Source: Pelagomonas calceolata (Eukaryota). From it: a stretch of DNA of 64,000 nucleotides. The stretch covers positions 1 through 64,000 of the forward strand of contig CAKKNE010000003.1 of NCBI GenBank assembly GCA_918797485.1. The letters run 5' to 3'. A program made the position numbers and the translations under genes. This document shows, in pieces, positions 53,994 to 62,281 of this stretch. The notes beneath the pieces were generated by a model. It was not told the DNA's origin, did not search any database, and saw nothing but the letters and a program-made list of their open reading frames with translations. Position 1 is the stretch's first letter; each line of letters starts with the position of its first letter.

Positions 53994-55022
53994 TCACGCA
54001 ACACCCTCCACAGGCACGCGGACGTACTCCGCCGGAGGAGACGCCGTCGCCGCCGCGCTCTTCTCGGACCGCGCGACGGCCAGCACGCCGCACACAATCA
54101 GGCACGCCGCGACGCCGTCGCGAACCGTCGGCGCGGCGACGCAGCGACCCTCTCCAGCGCCACACGCCGCGGCGCCGCCGCTGAGTGCGATGGCAATCAA
54201 GGCGCAAACGGCCGCAAGCGGCGGCTGGAGCGCCGACGCCGCCGAGACGAGCGTCGGGCTACTCCGCTTCACGCACCACATCATGAGGGCGTAATTCACG
54301 CACGTCGAGCAGATGATCCACCACGCGAGGGCGGGCCACGCTTCCAGAGGCACGGAGTAGAACGACGAGCACTCGGGACAGAGCGAGATGCCGCAGGCCC
54401 ACAGCGCGGCCGCGGACAACGCCGTTCCCACGGCCGCGTAGCTGTAGGCCCACGCTGCGACGGCGACGGGGGCGTGGCGCCGCGTCGCCGGCTTCGAGAC
54501 GAGCTGGTAGGACGCGCCGGCCGCAGCCGCCAACGCAAAGCAGCCATGCGCTGGCGAGACCGGGCGCCACCGCGCGTTTTGCCGCCGTGTAGCATCCGAG
54601 AGCGGCCAGCACCACACCAACGACGCGGCCCGCGTCGGGCCGGTCCCAGCGCAGCAGTATTGACACGCCGGCGACGACCACGGGCCGCGCGGGCTGCCAG
54701 AGCGCGAACGCCGTCGGGTCCGCTGAGAGTTTGAGTCCGCAATCGCCAGCACCTGCGTCGCGCACGCGCAGGCGCCGAGGCGCGCCATCAATGCGCGGCT
54801 GCCGCGGGGTGGGGCGGCCGGCTCGCCTTGTTTCAAAGCGTAGGCCGTCAGTAGACATGCGGCGCAGACTTCGCGGATCAGTGCGAAAGTCAGCGGTTCC
54901 GTCTTGGGCAGCGCTAAGGCGGCTGCGACCGCGCCGATGGCGAAATTGAGCTGGATGAGCAGGAGGGCGGCGTAGACTGTGTGGGGTCTCTGGGGTCTTG
55001 TGTGGTCTGTGGGTTCTAGCAT
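53994..55022 (-). CDS. EamA/DMT family transporter (WAT1-like) with internal compensating frameshifts
   Basis: PLTFALIRE, SADPTAFALWQP (shifted frame), NYALMMW..PTLVSA..LQP; many TM segments. Confidence 0.8.
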   Translation of the reverse strand: MLEPTDHTRPQRPHTVYAALLLIQLNFAIGAVAAALALPKTEPLTFALIREVCAACLLTAYALKQGEPAAPPRGSRALMARLGACACATQVLAIADSNSQRTRRRSRSGSPRGPWSSPACQYCCAGTGPTRAASLVWCWPLSDATRRQNARWRPVSPAHGCFALAAAAGASYQLVSKPATRRHAPVAVAAWAYSYAAVGTALSAAALWACGISLCPECSSFYSVPLEAWPALAWWIICSTCVNYALMMWCVKRSSPTLVSAASALQPPLAAVCALIAIALSGGAAACGAGEGRCVAAPTVRDGVAACLIVCGVLAVARSEKSAAATASPPAEYVRVPVEGVA

Positions 55023-55131
55023 CGCTGCGTTCGGCCTCTTCGGCTGGTTCAGTATGTCAAATTGACGAGCCTGCCCGAGCGGGCGGGCGCAATTCCACAG
55101 CTTGCGCGTGTAAAAGCCGGCTGCTGCCATA

Positions 55132-55154
55132 GCTAGCGGCAGTAAGATACTAGC
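55132..55154 (+). promoter_or_regulatory. Conserved intergenic motif, copy 7
   Basis: GCTAGCGGCAGTAAGATACTAGC, 110 bp upstream of the probable EamA ATG. Confidence 0.6.
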
Positions 55155-55244
55155 CAGCATCCGCGCGCCCGCGCGCGCGATTAGACACGCCACCCGGGCA
55201 AGAGGACCGGCACCGACGCCCGGAGGCCCAGAAATCAATCAAAG

Positions 55245-56213
55245 ATGGCCGCGAATGCCCTAGAGCTCAGGAAGACCCCGGTCAAATTGATTTTAAATCT
55301 GAACTCCCTAGGCCACGGTAGGATGGCGGCGCGGCGGCTCGACGCAACTTGTGACCCGGACATGCGAGTCTGCCACGTCGTCGTGCAGGTCGCGGACCAA
55401 TTCACGATAAAAGACGCGGCGGGCCGCACGTGCGTGACGTGCGGGGGCGGCTTCTTCCCATTCAACGGTTCTTCCGACTACACGGTGGGCGAACTACTCG
55501 TGGACCGCGGCCCGCGGAAAGCCGGGGAGCCGCACCTCGAAATCTTCAGCCGGCGCGACGACCCGGCGCACGACATCTACGCCACGCCAGGCAGCCAGGG
55601 CCCGGCCAAATTACGCGAGGGCTTTGTGGCTCTGGAGTTCGCCGTGATCAGGCTGGAGGTCGGCCGCGTCGCGGCGCTGCTCCCGCGAATCGACGCCGAG
55701 AGAGATTACTCCACCGTCGCTCATTTTGGAGTAGTGCACGGCAACCTCTACGATCTCCTGGATACCGTTCTGCGGACACGCGACGACAACGACTACTTCA
55801 TCGAACATCGCCTCCAGATCGTCAAGCTGATCCTCGCGCAGCCTCGATTCCACCTCTTCCATCGGCCGTTAGGTCCCGGGCGCCGAACTGTTTTGCAGGA
55901 AGCCGCTGCGCGAGGCTTCACGGCAATCTTCGGCGTTCTTCTGTCCGCGGGGGCGCCCACGGTCGGGATCTGCAACTACATACATAGGAACAGCCGCGGC
56001 GCCACGATGCAGGAGATGATCGTCCGACACGTGAGCATGGACCTCTCGCAAGAGAGTGAGCGGGTTTATCGCCCGCGCCGACATGGGCCGCCGCGCCCGC
56101 CGTCCTTCCACGACCACTTCGAGGTGCCTAGAGTGTATGCCACGGAACACCGCACGGCGGCGTCGCGGTCGCTCGCGGAGCTTGACGGCGAGGTGTTCGG
56201 GATCGGCCAGTAG
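55245..56213 (+). CDS. Hypothetical ankyrin-repeat protein (start may be 55362)
   Basis: RTVLQEAAARGFTAIFGVLLSAGA ankyrin-like repeat. Confidence 0.6.
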   Translation: MAANALELRKTPVKLILNLNSLGHGRMAARRLDATCDPDMRVCHVVVQVADQFTIKDAAGRTCVTCGGGFFPFNGSSDYTVGELLVDRGPRKAGEPHLEIFSRRDDPAHDIYATPGSQGPAKLREGFVALEFAVIRLEVGRVAALLPRIDAERDYSTVAHFGVVHGNLYDLLDTVLRTRDDNDYFIEHRLQIVKLILAQPRFHLFHRPLGPGRRTVLQEAAARGFTAIFGVLLSAGAPTVGICNYIHRNSRGATMQEMIVRHVSMDLSQESERVYRPRRHGPPRPPSFHDHFEVPRVYATEHRTAASRSLAELDGEVFGIGQ

Positions 56214-56320
56214 CCTGGGCACGCACACACGGCGCGACCCTCTTAAGTTTGCTACACAAGATTCTTAGTACACAATACAAAAACGGGCAGCGGCGACGCC
56301 AGCCGCTGCGCCAGGGCGCC

Positions 56321-57301
56321 TCAGGAAGACGCCCGGTCCGCGTCCGCCATCGACGAGTGCGTCGCCGTCGGCGAGAGCGGCCGCCATTCGTCACGGCGCG
56401 CCGCGTCGAGGTCCGCGACGTTGTCCGCGGCCAGGATCCACACCGTCAGCGCGTACCTCCAGTAGGCCGCGTCGCGGTAGGCCTCGACGCCGTGCGCCAG
56501 CGCGTCGGCCTCAAAGATGATGAGGCGGTCGCCCTTTGGGGCGACGGGCTCGAGCGGCTCGAGGTCGGCCGCCGTCCGCAGCACGTCGCGTTCCTTCCGT
56601 CGGTGCGGCACGAAGTGGCCACCCGAGCCTTCTTCGAGGTCGGGATTCATGTAGTAGATGGCGCCGTACAGTCGTCGATCGTCGGGCCCGCCGTGGTTGT
56701 CGACGTGGACCGGGAACGCGCCGCCCGCCGCGTAGACCGAGAGCATGTTGGCCGCGCAGTCCGACGTGAGCTCGACGCCGCCGCGGTGTTTCATGAGTGG
56801 CTCGCGCAGAGCCGCGGCGAGCGACAGCGCCAGCCCCACGATGCGCGGCCGCGTCGCAAAGTCCTCGGGCCGGATCAGCTCGGCTCGCGTGTTCGAGACG
56901 TCGGCCTCGTCGAGAGTTCCGGGCACAAAGTCCGCGTGGACGCGCTCAGCTTCTCTACGTAGTTGTGCACAAGCCTCCGCGCCCAGCAGATCGTCGATGA
57001 CCGCTAGACCGCCATCGATGCCCGGTTTGAGGTCGATGGACTCGCACCGCTGGGCGATTCGTGATTCGTAGGCGGCGCGCGAGGACTGCAAGGCCATCAA
57101 GGAGGCGAGCTCGTCGACAGCGCCAGCCTTGGCTGCTGGCTTAGCTCGCGGCGGCGGCGGCGGCGGAGGCGCTGGCGCCGCAGCGGGCGCGCGTCGCTTT
57201 TTCTTCTTTCTTTTCGCTGCCTTTGGCGCGCCGAAGCCACCGCTTAGCGCTTGCGACGAGCAGAGGAAGCCTAGGAGCAGCCATGCGGCCAATTGGGCCA
57301 T
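56321..57301 (-). CDS. 2OG-Fe(II) oxygenase, EGLN/prolyl-hydroxylase-like, with signal peptide
   Basis: HVDN, IYYMN, PKGDRLIIF, HGV and RYALTVW motifs. Confidence 0.85.
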   Translation of the reverse strand: MAQLAAWLLLGFLCSSQALSGGFGAPKAAKRKKKKRRAPAAAPAPPPPPPPRAKPAAKAGAVDELASLMALQSSRAAYESRIAQRCESIDLKPGIDGGLAVIDDLLGAEACAQLRREAERVHADFVPGTLDEADVSNTRAELIRPEDFATRPRIVGLALSLAAALREPLMKHRGGVELTSDCAANMLSVYAAGGAFPVHVDNHGGPDDRRLYGAIYYMNPDLEEGSGGHFVPHRRKERDVLRTAADLEPLEPVAPKGDRLIIFEADALAHGVEAYRDAAYWRYALTVWILAADNVADLDAARRDEWRPLSPTATHSSMADADRASS

Positions 57302-57438
57302 TTGTGCTGTGCTCTTTTGGAGGCGTCTCCACGCGCCTGGCCGTCTCGGCGCTGCAGTGCTGCGTCGTTTGGGTGGACGGTGGAAAACTACTATGGCCCC
57401 AGCAGGTCTTTGACTCCCGAGAGTCGAACAAGTTGCTA

Positions 57439-57461
57439 GCTAGCGTCTGTAAGACACTAGG
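57439..57461 (+). promoter_or_regulatory. Conserved intergenic motif, copy 8
   Basis: GCTAGCGTCTGTAAGACACTAGG, between divergent starts at 57301 and 57548. Confidence 0.6.
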
Positions 57462-57547
57462 AAGCGCCCAAGCGGCTTAACCAACGCGTGAGTGGCGTGC
57501 TCTGCCTGTAGAGTCGAAGCGAGGGGGCGAAAATCTCGTACGTCGAT

Positions 57548-58423
57548 ATGACAGATCGGAACCGGGTCGTCCCGAGCCATGAAGACCCACAAATGGGCCT
57601 GCCTAGGCACATTATTGACGCCGCCTCTCGCTGTGGAAGCGAGAGAGGATCCGCGGAGGACGTGGAAGTCGTGAGGAATTGGATCGAGCAGACGCAAAAC
57701 ATAAACGCTACCTACACCTTGAAGGCGCCGTGGGGCGACATCAGCGGACACACGCTGCTCTTTTATCTCGCTTGCAACCCGGTCACACCGGCCAAGCTCG
57801 ACCTGGTTCGACAGCTAATTGCTCGCGGTGCGGACGTAAATATACGTAACTCGGATGGGAAGTCCCCTTTGCATAACGCGACTTTTTTGCATCGTGGAGC
57901 GTCGCCAGCTTTGGTCTCACTACTCCTCGATGCTGGTGCCGCCGACCTCAACACCAATAACGGGGATGATATGAAGCCACTAGCGTCCGCCATGCACTCG
58001 AGCAGTCACGTTAGAATTGACGACAACGGCACCTACACCGTCTACGACACCGAGGCTGCGTTGAAAATCTCGCGCATCCTACTCCGCGCTGGTGCGTCTT
58101 TGGACCGTGTTATTTGCGCCGGTCTTGGCGCCGGGTCGTTACTTGGCGAGATGTCAGCCGAGCAGCTTTTGGCGCATATGGAATTTGACTCCAATTTAGC
58201 CCACGACGAAAATTTCCGCACGCTCAAAAACCTCGTGTACGGCACCCGGACGCGCAGAGCCATCGCGCGCCTCCGGAGCTACGCGATCCGCGGCCGCGTG
58301 ACGGCCGAAGTCCGACTCCTCGACGATGGCGCTTTGGCAACTTTTTTGGCGAGGGTCAAGTTATTCAACTCGCTCTTCGGCCTCCCGCACGCCCTCTTCA
58401 AGGAGGTAGTTTCGAAGCTCTAA
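57548..58423 (+). CDS. Ankyrin-repeat protein
   Basis: LIARGADVNIRNSDGKSPLHNA, LLLDAGA and ILLRAGASLD motifs. Confidence 0.85.
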   Translation: MTDRNRVVPSHEDPQMGLPRHIIDAASRCGSERGSAEDVEVVRNWIEQTQNINATYTLKAPWGDISGHTLLFYLACNPVTPAKLDLVRQLIARGADVNIRNSDGKSPLHNATFLHRGASPALVSLLLDAGAADLNTNNGDDMKPLASAMHSSSHVRIDDNGTYTVYDTEAALKISRILLRAGASLDRVICAGLGAGSLLGEMSAEQLLAHMEFDSNLAHDENFRTLKNLVYGTRTRRAIARLRSYAIRGRVTAEVRLLDDGALATFLARVKLFNSLFGLPHALFKEVVSKL

Positions 58424-58560
58424 GACATAGTCGGGTAGCGGCTTAAAGGCACTAGCAACAGCCCGGTAATTGCAAACTAATTAGACAGCGCTTACGGGTG
58501 GCAGACGGCGCCGAGACGCTGTCAGAAATTCCGTTAAATAGTCTGGTTGCTGGTGCAGCG

Positions 58561-59517
58561 ATGCAAGGACCCATCGACGCGGCTCTCGCGGCAGAGCTGA
58601 CCGCCTTGTCTGTGAGCACGCAGGAGAGCCGTGCAAATGCCGCGCAGCGATCCGCGCGAGCGACCAGAACAATACCGCTGCGACCCGAGATCATACAATT
58701 CATGTCGCCGCAGTCCTTGTGCCGCCTGACGTGCTGCAGCGCGACGCTCCGCAGAGACGTGCGCGAGGCAGACGCGTGGCAGCGGTTAGCGGAAGTGCAC
58801 GCGCCGCGAGCTGTACGGGCCGCGCTGGAGAGCGACGCGGCCTCGCGCGTGCGGTCCCACGTCCGCCGGCGCGTGCTCGCGGACTCCCTGTGCCAGGAGA
58901 CGCCGGCGCGTGACCTCCGTTCCTCCTTGAACGCACCCATGGATTTCACGTTCTTTGTGCGCGTCACCGAAGACGGTCGTTTGATCTGGGAGGGCGACCT
59001 GAAGAGCGAGCGAAGTGATTTTAACTTTCGGCTCCCTCTCTCTGAAGCTTGCGCCGCGATGGTGGAAAGCGGCAACATGGGCGACTGCCCCGGTGACGCC
59101 ATGGATTCGTATCTAGAGCGTCTGCAGTTTACCGTCGTTGCAATCAGGGACAAGGACCAAGCGATGATCCCGCTGGGTCTTTGCGATTATCATGGCAGCA
59201 TAAGTTTTACCAACAACTCGCGGCTGCACTCTTACTCTTTCGAGGACGATAACATCCTGTTCTCGACGGATAGATTGGAATTTAGGGTCAACCTGTGTTT
59301 GCAGGTCACGTTCGGCGGCGTTGGTACGACACCATCCATGGAAGGTTTGGTCTTACATCTAGATTGGCAGTCTAAGCTCGACGAGGGGCGTGCTGGTGGT
59401 CTGGCGATCCTTGAACCCGTGTTTCTCCTGACCTTTCTTGCGGGTTTCCACTACTCGCTAATAAACGAGGCTTTGCGAACCATCATGGCTGGCACGATTT
59501 TTTTTTGTTCGAGATGA
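58561..59517 (+). CDS. Hypothetical protein with an F-box-like N-terminal motif
   Basis: EIIQFMSPQSLCRLTCCSATLR...WQRL. Confidence 0.6.
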   Translation: MQGPIDAALAAELTALSVSTQESRANAAQRSARATRTIPLRPEIIQFMSPQSLCRLTCCSATLRRDVREADAWQRLAEVHAPRAVRAALESDAASRVRSHVRRRVLADSLCQETPARDLRSSLNAPMDFTFFVRVTEDGRLIWEGDLKSERSDFNFRLPLSEACAAMVESGNMGDCPGDAMDSYLERLQFTVVAIRDKDQAMIPLGLCDYHGSISFTNNSRLHSYSFEDDNILFSTDRLEFRVNLCLQVTFGGVGTTPSMEGLVLHLDWQSKLDEGRAGGLAILEPVFLLTFLAGFHYSLINEALRTIMAGTIFFCSR

Positions 59518-60099
59518 CTATGCACGCCGCTACGCGAGACATTTGGCTATATCTTCCTGGGGCTTAGTCAAGAGGCAGCAGATATTCAAGCGGCGACCTT
59601 TCGTGAGGCACTGGAGCGGAGGCGGGCCGCCCGGAATCATCTCAGAATCCTTAGCTCGCGCCGGCGTCGTCGGCGACCTGTGGCGGCGCCTGGGCCAAGC
59701 GCGACTACCACACGCGTCGCGCTGCCGCCTCGGCGGGCGCGGCGCTGCTGCTGCTACGGCGCCCGAGCCGCCGACGAGTGAGCCAGGATGGATGACCGCG
59801 CACATCGGTGGACCAGCGCCGATATGGCGCGGGAAGGTCAATTGCCGGCGGCGGACCGGGGGAACGCGCTGGACGCCGACCTTCGTGCCGGTCGTCGGGC
59901 GGGCGGCGGCTCCAATACAACGCTGGAGTGAGACGGGCACAAGATTTAACGCGCGGGACGGCCGCCCCTTCAGATGAAGGGACGGCCGCTCACGCTCCGA
60001 ACGTGCTCGGCCTCAGAACAACACTCGGTGGGCCCACCGCAGCGCCGCGCGCGGCCCAGCCGCCTAAAAGGCGTACTGGAGGCGCGCGGCGCCGCCGGT

Positions 60100-60968
60100 C
60101 TAGAACAAGGGGTCGCGCTGCGACGCCTCCAGCTCGATGAGCTGGATCTGGGCCGTCAGCGCGGCGACCGCGGCCTCGTGCTTGAGCTTCTCCGGCGACG
60201 CGGCCTTGCCCTGTGCGAATACGAGGTAAATTGCGGCCGCGAATGGTTGATTTCTGCACAGTAGCTTGCCCAATTGGAGAACGAGCTGACGCGGCACTTG
60301 TGGTACTCGATCATGGCGCGCGCCTTGTCGATCTTCTTTTTTTCCTCTGCGAGGGCAGCTCGAAGTTAGATGCGGCCACGCGGCGACGTCGAGATATCGT
60401 ACGCGTATCTCTCCACGCCATCGAGCAGGCGCGGCCACCGGGACGACCAGACGCGACCACTGGCACGAAGCCGCGGCGACGGCGTAGGCCGGCCTCCACG
60501 CCGTCGAGCAGACGCGCTTACATCGCGTCGACGGCGACCGCGGGTCGATGTGAAGGGACCGTGGTGAAGCAGGACGCGGGCGCGTGCTCTTGCGGAGCTG
60601 CGACTCCTGGACGAACACTTGCTTGACTGCGTGGGAACAGAGGCGTGAGTCGTCGCGGTCGAAAGCACGGAGAGCGCCGCTCACTCTCACTCTCTCCAGC
60701 GGCAGCGCCCGCGTGGCGGGCAGCGCCCGCATGGGGAGGGGCGCCAACGGCGTCGGCGGGACGGCGTCGGCGGTCCGCGGCGGGCCACGGGCGTCGTCTC
60801 GAGGTCGCCGGCGGCCATCGGACCGCACCGTCCTCGGACGCGAGGCGCAGTGCGAGGGCACGCGGTTGATCATGACGCGGACTTTAAACCTTTCTTCGCC
60901 ATGATCTAGTTGAGGTGAGTTTTTGTGCGTTTTGTGGAAGCGGACGAAGTGCTCGTCCGCGTGATTAT
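60100..60968 (-). CDS. 3' exons of a multi-exon hypothetical gene; proposed GC-AG introns 60863-60627, 60587-60347 and 60269-60211
   Basis: The proposed splicing gives an open frame ...RVMINLKQVFVQESQLRKKEKKKIDKARAMIEYHKCRVSSFSNWGKAASPEKL...DPLF*. Branch-like CTAAC/CTCAC sequences precede two of the acceptors. Confidence 0.4.
60211..60261. mobile_element. Decayed mini-introner (51 bp)
   Basis: Right end TGGTTGATTTCTGCACAG matches the family end; left end CTGTGCGAAT; CTTGCC occurs in both flanks. Confidence 0.6.
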
Positions 60969-62281
60969 CTGCGAAGGGCGTACGGGTTAATAACTCGTCC
61001 GTGCGCGCGCAGCGTCTACAGGCGTGTTTGTGTGAACAAGGGCTGTCTCTCAATTGACGGCGGTCGCGCGGTCTGCCCTCGGTACCGCGTGAGAGGCCGG
61101 TGTTTTTTTCCGACGCACAAAGCCGGCCAAATAAATGTGTGAACGACGTCGAGGGGCGCCGCGTAGCGGTCAAACCGGGGTTCGAGACCGATCAGCCCTG
61201 CTGCGAGCCGGGCAGGCCCGCGCGGTGGCGGGGGGACGCGGAAACATTGGGAGAAGGCCGATTTTGCGAGATTGGGCTTGTGCGCGCTCCACGCAGGCGT
61301 TTCGAGAGCGGACAAGCGCTGGAGGGAGCGGGAAGACTGCGAACTTGCCGTTGACACACGCTTTTCAATGTGCGGCTGGATATTGGGACGCTGTGGCGGA
61401 CTTTTGTGTGATGCTCTGAGCCGTGCCAGAGTGTGCCAGTTTTGGCTCGCTGCCCCGCGGATATGGAACGTCGCCGCAGAAAACGCAGCGAAGTCCTCCG
61501 AGAACACAAAAATTTTGGTCCAGCCAGCAAAAGCAGCCCATCCACGGGTACCTGGACCAGAAACGACCTCCAACCGGGCCAACCAGCCACATGCCAACGC
61601 AACCCGCCCACCCAGGCCGCCCCAGCACCACCCCCCACCTCCACGCAACGCTCTACCAGCCACGAGTACCCTTAGAACGGCGCAGCAGCCCGACCGCCCC
61701 GCGCTCGACGTTGCCCCACGGAAGGGCAGCCTAGTACCCGGCTGCGCGAATGCCAGAGCCTGAATCGTCCACGGCGAGGTCCGGCGAACGTCATCTCGCT
61801 TCGATTCAGACATAGAGATTCCAAAAAGACCCGCGCCCGCGTCGGCGGCGTCGGCCGTCGGACAACCGATGGGCCGCCCTCCCAACGCCGCCGTCGCGCC
61901 GTCATCCCCAAGCCCCAGGGAGCTCCCTCCCGTCCCGCCGTCCCCGGTCGACGAGAGTGTGGCGAGGTCGTCTCACCGCGCCCGCGAAACACAAACCGAA
62001 CGAGCGCTCGCAGACACCTCGCGGAACGATCCGACGGCTGCTTGCCACGGTCGCGCCTCTGGGCCTGCGCGCGAAGGCTGGTGCTCTCTGTTAAGCCGCC
62101 GCCGCTCTCGAAGCGCTGCGCATCGCTGCAAAGCATAGTTCACAGGAGCCACAGCATTCAAGGCGTACCAGCACAAGGGCCAAAGCCGTCCTCCGCAAAG
62201 CACGCGTCGAGCTCCAGCACCCAAGCCAAAAAAGGCTGCATTGGCCTGTTGCTGGACACGCTACGCTCAGAAGCAATAACG

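Noticed and set aside
61100..62250. Long intergenic stretch as a possible TE or ncRNA (likewise 51300-52700 and 4600-5300)
   Set aside because: No TIR, LTR, TSD, transposase motif or recognisable RNA structure found by eye.
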